A stretch of DNA of 64,000 bases from NCBI RefSeq assembly GCF_963921235.1, contig NC_086109.1:19408001-19472000 (forward strand). Reading direction: 5' to 3'. This DNA is from Mobula hypostoma. Taxonomy: Eukaryota. The position numbers and the translations under genes were made by a program. The first letter of the stretch is position 1. The number at the start of each line of letters is the position of its first letter. Shown here piece by piece: positions 27,291-39,189 of this stretch. The notes below the pieces were generated by a model. It saw nothing but the letters and a program-made list of their open reading frames with translations, searched no databases and was not told the origin of the DNA.

Positions 27291-28509
27291 ATCTTTATTA
27301 TTCCATTGAAGTGACAAGTCCTCTGGGCTCTACTGACAATCATCCACCCACTTCTCCAATACTACCCAAGCCATTCCCCAACAAAGCTCTGTGAAAATAA
27401 GTGTCTGTGCAAACAAGCCTGGAGCTGTTCCTGTTATTTACATTCAGTGTGCCTGCTTTAGAGCATCAAACTGACTGTGGCAATTCTGTTTTGGAAGCCC
27501 TCCAACGCTAAGTCAACACAGGAGAATATCTAGGTCATGTTTATATTACCATTCTGGCTTCCACGTAACGTCTTGATGAGAAGACCTTGGCTTTAGAGAA
27601 ATTAAGTCTTGGCAAAGTGTAGAAATTATGCGATGTTCTGGATAACTTCTGGTAGTCTACAGGCTTGCCAGAGGAACAGTTTCTTCTTTGCATCAATGAC
27701 CCGCTGGGTTCCGTTAGCAGATTATTTGTTTCTCCAGATTCCAGCATCTGCGAAGTCTTCTGTCAACAGTCTCAGTGATATTGGAGGCTGAAGTCACCAA
27801 AGGGGAGGGTCATGTCACCTTTGGGAAGCTGGAGGATACCTCTTTCATTAAATAATCATGTCGCGCTTGACATTAATAATAGCCACTCACATTTATGGAA
27901 CTCTGCCAATGTAGCAGGAACACTATCTGACAAAAATAATTGATGGACAGCAATTCAAGAGTTATTAGAGCAGATGAAAAAATGTTTGCAAGGAGGAAAG
28001 AGCAGCAGAGATGCTAGGAAGAGAATTCCAAATTCAAGGATAGGATCATTCAAAATGTAGTAATGGAGAACTGCACTGAACAAACACTGGAGCCACTGCA
28101 GTATGCCAGCACTGCATTGGAGCAGTTAGACTACAGTGAAATAGTTTTGCGAATTAATTCAATGGGACTGCACTCTTACGACAGCACTCAATATTCAAAA
28201 GATTAGCCTTATTGTCGCAGGTACATCAAAACATAGAGTGAAATAAGCCAATTCCATCAAATCAAATTAGCAAGGATTTTGACGCGGGTAGCCTGCAAGT
28301 GTCGCCATGCTCCTGGTGCCAACATAGCGTGCCCACAAATCATGAACCCTAAACCTAACTGTAATCAGTTGGAATATGCCAGGAAACTGTAGCACTGGGT
28401 GGAAACCCACATCATGAGATTAGAGAAAGAAGCTATCAAAACAAAGTCAATAAGTTAAAGTCTCAAATGGTGCTTGCTCTTGCAAAAAGTTCCATAAAGT
28501 TCTACTAGT

Positions 28510-29236
28510 CACTGTCCTGGTCACCTCTTTATAGAAAGGAGGGAGAAGTTTTAGAGAGGATGCGGGAGAGATTTACTGGGATGCCGCCTGGATTAGAAAG
28601 CATGATTTATGAGGATAGTTTGAGTGGGCTAGGTCTTTTCTCTTTAGATCTAAGGAGTATGAGAGTTGATTTGATAGAGGTGAACAAAACAGTAAGAGGC
28701 ATAAATTGAATGGATAACCAGAGACTTTTTCCTAGGGCAGAAATGGCTACGACCAGGGACATAATTTTAAGGTGATTGGACGAAAGTATAGAGGGAATGT
28801 CAGAGGTAAGTTTTTCACACAGAGAACGGAGAGTGCATTGAACACCCTGCCAATAATAGTGGTAAAGGGGCATTTAAGAATCCCTTGGATGGGCACATTG
28901 TTGTTCTTTTCTCTGCCTTGTGGTGCACTGGTCAGCAGGCTTGCCACTTCTTCAGCATTTTTGTCTGTCATTACGAGGCCGAGTTGCTAGATTGACATTG
29001 TGGATGGAAAGTACGCAAAGAGCTGGCCGGGTTTGAACCCGGAACAACTCGCCCCAAAGTCCGGTGTGGATGCCACGACACCACCAGCTGGCAAGATAGA
29101 TAGGCGTGTGTGTGATAAAAAAAATGGAGGGCTAAGTAGGAGGGCAGGTCTCGACTGAGCTCAGAGTGGGCTAAAAGGTCAGCACAGCATTGTGGGGTGA
29201 AGAGCCTGTACCGTGCACAATGTTCTATGTTCTATT
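28510..29236 (+). mobile_element. CR1 3' fragment interrupted by a SINE
   Basis: GRKYRGNVRGKFFTQR; resumes after 29092 and ends tgttctatgttctat. Confidence 0.8.
28898..29092 (-). mobile_element. tRNA-derived SINE
   Basis: Minus strand begins gccagctggtggtgtcgtggcatc...ccgggttcaaacccggcc with A-box and B-box-like motifs and ends in a (caa)n-like tail. Confidence 0.65.
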
Positions 29237-32200
29237 TTCTCTGTTCACCTTCAAAGTGGTAGTCGGAACATCCCAGTACGGGACTGGCATCACTGCTCTG
29301 TGCTGGCATTACTGCAGCCACCTTTAGTACCGCTCCCCTGCATGGCTATGGTGAAAAAATATCTTCGCTGTTAGATCCACTCTTTGTCAGCCACTGTCAG
29401 AAAAGGCAGTGAACTCTTCCGTAGCAATGAGAAAAAGTATGTTGCACAGTCGTGGGCACGCAGCGATCTGCAGCTGTGTGCAGGCATGCGGACTAGCATG
29501 AATGTGCATGCCTGGTCCCAGCGTGGTGCAGAGGCAGCAGTACATTCTGTGGCACCAGTGCTTCATCACCTCTCAACAGGAACCAGTCTCAAACCAACAG
29601 TACCATTAATGAATTATGCTAATTGGATGTGACATGCTTTTGCAAATTAAGATAATGAGAAATTGTTATTGTTATCTGGTGACTTTATATAATTACTTCT
29701 CCAGCAGCCAAGATTTGTGCACACAATACATGTTGGAAAATTGGGTATGGAGTCAAGAATTCCCAATTTTTTCTCATTTTTAGTGGAGGAGACAAGTGGC
29801 TGGCTCCCCGAAGAACTGAAGTCTCACACTGACATGAGTCAGTTGAAAATTTCCCAATAAGAGCCATCCCATGTTATCAGCCAGTGAGCCTGAATAGATA
29901 TGCTCCTTCTTCATAGACTCAATCATCACAGCATCTGCTGTCTATTCTCTCACTCATGTCTTCTGATTCTGTCTTCTTTTGCTCACTTCCCCTCTCAATC
30001 CCTCCTCTCCCCTGTTATTGGTGCACAATCAGTTCATGGTTGAGCCTTTTTGTATTTCAGTGTCAGATTTTCTCAAACCTTTTTTACCCCCCCCCGCCCC
30101 CGATTCTATCTTCTGATTCTCATCTTTTAACAAAAGTCTTCCGTACCCCATGAACTCCAATTACTGTCTGAGTAAAATAGCTCCTTTCTTTCCTTCAACC
30201 TTCATTGATAATCTATGGCCTCTTGTTTTAGATTCTCCAGGTGGTGACCCTGTCCCAGTATCTGCTGTGTGCAATGAATCTTAAATTTCCGAGATCTCCC
30301 ACAGCTCTTTTTCTGCCAAGAAGAAAAGACTTGAGCAATTTCATTGTTTCCAATAGCTGTTATCCCTCAGTATTAGCACTGTGTTTGCAGTCTACCTCCA
30401 TGAATTTTCTATGGTGTTTTCTCTATCTCTTGTTATAGTACAGATGCCACAACTGTGCCCACTTCTCCAAGCACAGACTGGAAAAGGTCCTGTGCAAGTC
30501 AGAATCAGAATCAGATTTAGTATCACTGACATATGAAATTAAACTTTGCTGTTTCACAGAAACAGTACAGCGCAAAACATAAAAACTATAAAGTAAAATA
30601 TAACTAAATAGTGTAAATAAGGAGGATTCAGATTCACATTGAAACATACAGTCAAATGTGCTGTTTTCTTGAACAACCAACACAACTGAAAGGATGCGCT
30701 GGGGGTAGACTGCGAGTGTCATCACACATTCCAGCACCTGCATAGCTTGACCATAATGTTCATAAGGGCAACACACCAGGAACAGTAAAACAAGGCCCTC
30801 CCCCACCCCCCCCACGCATCAACCCCAGGGCAGGCCTCGTCCAAACTTCCAGACTCCAGGCTCGTGGACAAGCAGGTATCAGGACTCTGACTTCCTCACT
30901 GGACTCACAGACTCTCAGAATCTGAATCAGGCTTAGTATCACCAGTATATGTCATGAAATTTGATGTCTTTGTGGCAGCAGTACAATGCAATACAAAATA
31001 ATATAAAAAATGTCAATTACAGTAAGTGTATGCGTATATAAAATAGATAAATTAAATAAGTAGTGCAAATATAAAAATAAAGAAAAGTACTGAGGGAGTG
31101 TTCGTGGGCTCAATGTCCATTCAGAAATTGGATGGTAGAGGGGAAAAAGCTGTTCCTGAATCGATCCAGGGCTTTGGCAATCAGACCTCAACTTCAGGAC
31201 TCGCTGACTTCTTTCTGCAACGTTTGAGCTTCAGTCATTGGTACCGGCTCCTGGACTTGCCAATGATGGGATCCCAAACTCCAAACCTTGAACTCCAGAC
31301 TTGCTGACGTCCCCATACTAAGGGCTCCTGGCCATCATGCCTCCTGCTCACATGGATCTCTGATGCCAGGACCCACCGAAAGAAAAAGGAAGTCGCGTTC
31401 ATGCGTTCATGAACCATTCAGAAATCTAATGGTCAAAGGGGAAAAAAAGTTCCTAAATCATTGAGTGTGGTTTGACAGGTTCCTGTGCTGAATAGTAATG
31501 AAAAGAAAGCACGTTCCGATGGTGACGGTGCTTAGTGATGGATGCTGCCTTCTTGAGCCACAGCCTCTTGAAGATGTCCTATAACCTTGTTAGTTTTGAA
31601 CTCTGTACCCTTAGAAATAAATCCTGATGCTTGGTTAGGATTTTCAGTTCCTTCGCTGGACTGTGATACCGTTTATCATGATTTGCTCTTTGTGTCCAGA
31701 GATCTCTCTGTTCTTGCAGCCATACAAATTCTTCTTGTCTAGAGTGCTGTCTGGAAAGTCACAATAAAATACAATTTACTGAATCCTGACCATTTTCTCA
31801 ACATAATACAGTGTTCAAATAATTCTTACTGCTGGTCCAATGTGAGATATTACAACTTGATTACTTTAAATATATTGCCTGTGAAAGTCATCCTTGGGCA
31901 CCGACAATAAGCATTTGCAAATGTATTGCCCATTTGTTGTGGTCATCTCCACATTCAGTCCTCCTTACTTGCTACAATACAGGAGGCCACTTAGTCTATC
32001 AGAACTATTCTAGCTCCCAGCAGAGGAACCCCATCAGGCCCATTTCTCCATTCTTTGTAACCCATGCCCACCAACTGCATGATTCTTGTTGTCAGGGGAT
32101 TCTCTCGCTAGGGGATCTTTTACATTAGCAGTAACTAACTGACCTTTGGTAGATTGGAGGAAAGCAGGGCAAACTAAAGAAACCCATACAATATATCAGC

Positions 32201-32524
32201 ACATAAGCTCCACACAGACAGTTACCATGTTCAACCTTGAACTCAGATTCCTTGAGTTGAGAGGCAAAGGTTCAAAGCCTCATTTTATTATCAAAGTACA
32301 TATGCAAACTACAACTCTGAGATTTGTCTTCTCCAGACAGCCATAAAGTACAGAAAACCACAGTAGTTTAGAGAAAAACATCAATCCCCCCACCCATACA
32401 AAAAAAAGAGAAAGAAACAAAAACTCACATACCCCAAACCCCTAACCCCTCCTTTCAACCCCTCCCAAAACTAACAGATTACCCACATGGAGAAACAACA
32501 ACAGGAGCATCAAACTCCAAACCC

Positions 32525-33150
32525 GGCGGTAGGAGAGAGAGCAGTGCGCCATGTGTGCGCAGCCCTCTGGTGAAAAGTGATATCATATCCGTTAAATAGG
32601 GGCCGTGGACAATTATGATTTGATGGAGACGGACGTGAAAGCACAGAGGAACATCTGGAGAAATTTCTGAAACATTCGTTCGCTGCTTTCGTTACTGCGC
32701 AGTCAGTAATCTTCAGGAGGGTAGGCCTCAAAATCCCCAGCTTTGCCTGCTGTTGGCGACCAAGATTGAGGTCGAATCGTTCGGACAGAGATGGCGCTCA
32801 GTACTTAGTGTCGGAGAGCTGATTCGGAGGCTCGAAGTTTTCGGATGACTCAGAGACGGATTATGGTCGGGCATGGCAGGGAGAGTTTTTCTTCCTTCTC
32901 CTGTCTGTGTAAGATGTGGGACATTTGAGAGACTTTGAACTTTTTACTGTGCTCATGGACTCCTTCATCAAGTTATGGTATTGTTGCACTCTTGTAACTA
33001 TATGTTATAATTATGTGGTTTTGTCAGTTTTTTCAGTCTTTGTCTGTCCTGTGTTTTGTGATATCACACCGGAGGAAATATTGTATCATTTCTTAATGCA
33101 TGCATTACTAAATGACAATAAAAGAGGACTGTATGTCTTCATAATCTAAA
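32525..33150 (+). mobile_element. Unclassified CpG-rich non-autonomous retroelement with LINE-like AT-rich tail
   Basis: CpG-rich 5' ~350 bp, T-rich 3' part ending aatgacaataaaa...ataatctaaaa; appears to interrupt a minus-strand repeat tail. Confidence 0.5.
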
Positions 33151-33799
33151 AAAAATCCATCCCGCCAATGAGCAACAAGGAAGAATGAGCGAGAACTCAA
33201 AAAGAAACATAGAACTGAAGGAAGCCAATATGAACTACAGTCCAATCCATTAATCTCAGAGTTTTGATAACATCTCCAAGAGCACCGGGACCTCTTGGCC
33301 TCTGAGAGAGCAGTGACTTGAACCAGCACATTACTAGCTCCCCCACCATGCAGCCATTATTCTCCCTCAATAAACTGTTATCTTTCAGAAATATCCCTGA
33401 GGAAATCATCTCCCTGAACCAGCTAGGTCTGTCCTCATTGCTACAATGCTGGTTTATTTGGCATTGTATGGTTTTGTAAGAGGACAAGATTTACAGCTCT
33501 CTATTTAGAATAACGAATATCTATTATCGCAATGCTACAATGGCTGTGTTGACAGAATTCTTCCTGCCAGATTTGAATATTTTGGGTCGAAGCTCCACCT
33601 TCAGTTTAAATGTAGCACAGATTAATACCTATGCGGAAGTGTGGTCCATAAATTACTTGTCCAGAAATTACATCTTTCAGGTCAGATAATAAATTAGCAT
33701 TTTTTTTATATTTAAGGAAGAGCAGTACATTTTCTGTTGGTCCTTGCCAACAGTGAAATGTAGGTTGTGAATTGCCTTTCATAAATGTAAGAGATTCCA

Positions 33800-33969
33800 T
33801 TAAGTGCTGGAAATCTAGAGTAACACACACAAAATGCTGGAAGAACTCAGCAGACTAGGCAGCATCAATGGAGGGAATAACCAGTAAACTGATGAAGGGT
33901 CTTAGTGCGAATTTCCTTTCCATAGATGCTGCCTGACCTGCTGAGTTCCTGCAGCACTTTGTGTGTGTT
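33800..33969. repeat. Inverted pair of Penelope tail fragments around a hammerhead remnant
   Basis: Arms ~33822-33876 and ~33913-33969 are reverse complements with a few mismatches; CTGATGAAGGGTC at 33889 lies in the loop. Confidence 0.8.
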
Positions 33970-35137
33970 AACCTAGAACAGGGGTTCCCAGCCTAGGGTC
34001 TATGGACCCCTTGATTAATGGCATAGAAGAGGTTGGAGCCCATGCTCTCGGGAATTGCCTTTGTTGTCCTAGTCAGAACATCAGTGTACCCTATGTGAGC
34101 ATATGAGCAAGAAATGGAAAAGAGAGAGGGATGGAAGTGAAGTGTTTTGTATTTTTATTTTTTTGGATAAGTGAAATAACTTGCATTTGCATTGTACAAT
34201 TATAACTTGTGTCCCATTATCGTTCTCAACTACCTGTTCATCAGAAGTGAACTGAATTGCAGTAAATACAAAATAAAGCAAAGAAATGCAAGAAATGTTC
34301 AACAGGTCAGTCAGCGCATGTGGAAAGAGTAACAAAATAGTTAACATTGTAATTTGATTCCTTTCTTTAGAACTCATAAAAATATAGTTTCATTGTGACA
34401 ATCTTTAAGCAAAGATCACCGGAGGATGGCCAGACATTTCTTTAGAACTAAGGCTTGAGGAGGGAGGTGTTGTGGACAAGGTTGGTATTCATTGTTGACT
34501 GTGAAGGAGTTGCTGGTAAACTTTTTTTTTAACTGCTGTTATCCATGTATTGACAACCATCTTATAATGTTATTAAGTGATGAAGTCCAGGATATTGACA
34601 AAGCAATTATGAAAGAGGAGCTTATATTTGTCTAAATCAGGTTAAGTTGTGTTATCCTAAGGCCACCTGGAGATGATTATGTGTGTCCCTGAACACCCAC
34701 TGTTCTTATCCTTCTGGGTGTCAGAGGAAGTGCTGAAGGAGATTTTGTGTATTTCTATCGAGCCACCGCTACTAATGAACAGACAACCTACAAAATGTCG
34801 GTGACAGAGAGGATTGTGCTTGTGTCTAGGGGTATTGTTTAACTCTGGACGGTATCATGTGATAGAAACAGAAAAGCACTCGGCTCCCCCAGTACTGGTG
34901 TGGCACTGTCACGGGTATTAACAGCAGTGCAGGCTGTCAACTCACGTGACATGAGATGAACCTTGACCTCCAGCGCTGTCTGTGTGGGGTATGCATGTTG
35001 AACTATGGGATGCAGAGGCAAATGTTTCTCACCTTTCCATATCAATAAGGTCGACATGGAATTATCCTTTTAATAGTTCTGCCTCATTTCCCATGAGTTT
35101 GTGCATAGATGTCATTGAAACCCCTACACCCCTACAA

Positions 35138-36729
35138 GGGAGAGGAAGTGTTGGAGTTGTTAAAATACATTAGGACGGATAAGTCCCCGGGGCCTGACGG
35201 AATATTCCCCAGGCTGCTCCATGAGGCGAGGGAAGAGATTGCTGAGCCTCTGGCTAGGATCTTTATGTCCTCGTTGTCCACGGGAATGGTACTGGAGGAT
35301 TGGAGGGAGGCGAATGTTGTCCCCTTGTTCAAAAAAGGTAGTAGGGATAGTCCGGGTAATTATAGACCAGTGAGCCTTATGTCTGTGGTGGGAAAGCCGT
35401 TGGAAAAGATTCTTAGAGATAGGATCCCTGAGCATTTAGAGAATCATAGTCTGATCAGGGACAGTCAGAATGGCTTTGTGAAGGGCAGATCATGTCTAAC
35501 AAGCCTGATAGAGTTCTTTGAGGAGGTGACCAGGCATATAGATGAGGGTAGTGCAGTGGATGTAATCTATATGGATTTTAGTAAGGCATTTGACAAGGTT
35601 CCACATGGTAGGTTTATTCAGAAAGTCAGAAGGCATGGGATCCAGTGAAGTTTGGCCAGGTGGATTCAGAATTGGCTTGCCTGCAGAAGGCAGAGGGTCG
35701 TAGTGGAGGAAGTACATTCAGATTGGAGGATTGTGACTACTAGTATCCCACAAGGGTTGTTCTGGGACCTCTACTTTTTGTGATTTTTATTAACGACCTG
35801 GATGTGAGGGTAGAAGGGTGGGTTGGCAAGTTTGCAGACGACACAAATGTTGGTGCTGTTGTAGATAGTGTAGAGAATTGTCAAAGATTGCAGAGAGACA
35901 TTGATAGGATGCAGAAGTGGGCTGAGAAGTGGCAGATGGAGTGCAACCCGGAGAAGTGTGAGATGGTATACTTTGGAAGGACAAACTCCAAGGCAGAGTA
36001 CAAAGTAAATGGCAGGATACTTGGTAGTGTGGAGGAGCAGAGGGATCTGGGGGTACATGTCCACAGATCCCTGAAAGTTGCCTCACAGGTGGATAGGGTA
36101 GTTAAGAAAGCTTATAGGGTGTTAGCTTTCATAAGTCGAGGGATAGAGTTTAAGAGTCGCGATGTAATGATGCAGCTCTATAAAACTCTGGTTAGGCCAC
36201 ACTTGGAGTACTGTGTCCAGTTCTGGTCGCCTCACTATAGGAAGGATGTGGAAGCATTGGAAAGGGTACAGAGGAGATTTACCAGGATGCTGCCTGGTTT
36301 AGAGAGTATGCTTTATGATCAGAGATTAAGGGAGCTAGGGCTTTACTCTTTGGAGAGAAGGAGGATGAGAGGAGACATGATAGAGCTATACAAGATAATA
36401 AGAGGAATAGATAGAGTGGACAGCCAGCGGCTCTTCCCCAGGGCACCACTGCTCAATACAAGAGGGCATGGCTTTAAGATAAGGGGTGGGAAGTTCAAGG
36501 GGGATATTAGAGGAAGGTTTTTTACTCAGAGAGTGGTTGGTGCATGGAATGCACTGCCTGAGTCTGTGGTGGAGGCAGATACACTAGTGAAGTTTAAGAG
36601 ACTACTAGACAGGTATATGGAGGAATTTAAGGTGGGGGCTTATTTGGGAGGCAGGGTTTGAGGGTCGGCACAACATTGTGGGCCGAAAGGCCTGTACTGT
36701 GCTGTACTATTCTATGTTCTATGTTCTAT
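35138..36729 (+). mobile_element. CR1 LINE, 5'-truncated, relatively young (ORF2 RT domain and C-terminus, 3' tail)
   Basis: KSPGPDG, NYRPVSL, GFVKGRSCLT, YMDFSKAFDKVPH, KFADDT, RPHLEYCVQFWSP; one premature TGA (35646-35648) and a frameshift near 35755; ends in (TTCTATG)n. Confidence 0.95.
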
Positions 36730-36799
36730 ATATTTATTGCTGAGAGCGAAAGTGAAGCTCCCTACAATGTTACAATATTGGAACCATTCAGGATCTTGA

Positions 36800-38200
36800 G
36801 AAGACCATAAGACTATAAGACTTAGGAGCATGATTAGGCCATTCAGCTCATTGAGTCTGATCTGTCATTTGATCATAGTTGATTTAATTTTCCTCTCAAC
36901 TCCATTTTCCTGCCTTATTCCCAAAACCTATAACACCTTTACTAATCAAGAACTTATCAAACTCCGGTTTAAATATACCCAATGACTTGGCCTCCACAGC
37001 CATCTGTGGCAGTGAATTCTCTCCGGAAAAAGAAATTCTCTGTCACCTCCATTCTGAAGAGATATCCTTCTGTTCAGAGACTGTGCCCTCTAATCCTAAA
37101 CTCTCCCACTGTTAGAATGATGCTCTCCACATCCACTCCATCTAGGCCTTTCAATATGGGGTGCAGTTCAGTGAGGTCCCACCTCATTTTTCTAAACTCC
37201 AGTGGTCCAGAGCCATCAAATGCTCCTCATACATTAACCCTTTCATTCCAGGGATCATTTTTGGAAACCGCCTCTTAGATCCTCTCTGATCACATCACAT
37301 CCTTTCTTGGATATGGGGCCCAAAACTGCTCACAGTATTGCAAATATGGTTGACCAATGCCTTATAACTCAGCATTAACCTTAAGGAATCCTGTATTTGG
37401 ACTGCCAAATCCCTTTGCAACTCCAATTTCTGAATTCGCTCCACATCCAGAAGATAGACCATGCCTTTATTTCTTCTAACAAAGTGCATGTGTCTCCCTC
37501 TGGATTTTCCTTGGAGGAAGCAGTTCTCTCCTGCATCCCAGACAGGTGTAGGTCTCCATGTTAACTGGCCACTGTAAATTGTTCGAAGTCTATAGATTAA
37601 AACTGGGAGGCATTGATGGGAATGTGGGGAGTATAAGTTACCTGGAAAGTTGGTGGGATGGTAGTGTTCTTTGAATTGGCATATCCTCAATGGTCTGAAA
37701 TGACCTCTGTTCATATCATGTGGTAAATTTGTATGTAGTGTCATAGAGTAATACAGCACAGCAAGAGACCTTTGGGCCTATCATGCACACGCTGCCCTTT
37801 CTATCTACTTATATTAATCCTTAAGTGTAGCCTTCTATGCTTTGGCGTTTTAGGTACCTGGCTATATGTTTCTTAAATGTCTAGAGGGTCCAATTACTTA
37901 TTATGAAAAAATGCCCCCTCTAAAGCTCCTACCTCTAACTGTAAGTCTGTGACTTTGACGTCTACCATGGGAAATAGATTCTTACTGTGTCCCCTGTCTA
38001 TCTCCTCATAAGCTTATATATCTTTATCATATCACCCTTCAGCCTTCTCCACTCCAGGGGAAACCGAACCCAGCTTATCCAGTGTCTCTCTATAACAGTA
38101 ATACTCCAATTGAGGAAATCTCCTCTGCACCCTCTCCAAATACTTCCTAGGGGGTGGCAACCAGAATTGCACATAATATTCCAAGTAAGCCCTGCTCCCA
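36800..38200 (-). mobile_element. Cluster of minus-strand CR1 fragments with an intervening V-SINE (~37490-37720, +)
   Basis: Minus ORFs YKALVNHICNTVSSFGP and FPLEWRRLKGDMIKIYK; tails agaccataagactataag (36802) and catagagtaatacagcac (37742). Confidence 0.7.
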
Positions 38201-38587
38201 TCAATATCAGCCCACTACAATCTACATGAAGAAGCAAGTAATCTGTGATTAAGTTGGGAGTAAAAAACGTGGTCTAATGTTCTTTCCATCTGGCTCACTT
38301 GAGGGACCTCTGTCATTTATCTAACTGGCTTCAGCCCAATTGGCACTGGCCTGATTTCATTCTGGGGAAAACGATGTATAGCTCAGCTCAACTACGATGT
38401 GTTTTTCCTTTAGACGACATAAAATTAAAAGAGTATAGAGAAAATTTAAAAGGATGTTGCTAGGACTAGAGGATCTGAGTTGTAGGCAAAGGTTCACTAG
38501 GTTAGGACTTTTTTCCCTGGAGCACAGGGAAATAAGGAGAGATTATATAAAGGAATACTGTACAAATTATGAGTGGTGTAGAAAAGG

Positions 38588-38962
38588 AGGTGGGTGGAGA
38601 TATATCTCTACCAAGGGAGGTGTGAGGTGCTCCTTCCATCCGCCAGCCTGCAGATCACCCTTGGGAAAGGTGTAGCACCTGCTTAGCCTCCCTGATCAGG
38701 GTGACTTGAAGCCATGGGAGCAGATGGTGGATGGGAATATGAGCAGCTGGTGTATATCACAAGTTTAGGTTATGCATCCACTGATGACCAGCAGACAATC
38801 TCTGAAGAGTATTGATAATGACTGGGGTCAACCCGTCTTGTAAAGAAACTGCCCAGAAGAAGGTAAGGGGAAACCACTTCTGGAGAAAAATTCACCAAAA
38901 ACAATCATAGTCATGTAACGGCCATGATCGCGCATGCCATACAACACAGCACATAACGAACA
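38588..38962 (+). mobile_element. Non-autonomous RTE-related short element
   Basis: No ORF; contains gaagaaggtaaggggaaaccacttc resembling the RTE/BovB-type GGAAATGGCAACCCACTCC motif; interrupts a CR1. Confidence 0.5.
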
Positions 38963-39189
38963 ATAGGGTTAATGCAAGCAAGCTTTTTCTTCTGAGTTTG
39001 GGAGAAACTAGAACTAGAGGTCATAGTTTAAGGGTGAAAGGTGAAATAGTTAAGGGGGAACTGAGGGGGAAATTCTTCACTCGGAGAGTGGTGCGAGTGT
39101 GGAATAAGCTGCAGATGAAGTGTTGGATGTGGGTTTGATAGCAACACTTAAGAGAAGTTTGGATAAGTACATGGGCAGGTGGCATATAC

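Noticed and set aside
35130..35137. ccctacaa on both sides of the CR1 as a TSD
   Set aside because: The downstream copy is ~30 bp from the tail end, so it is not a flush duplication.
35109..36661. CR1 ORFs as a functional or domesticated RT gene
   Set aside because: 5'-truncated, lacks the endonuclease, and has a stop and a frameshift.
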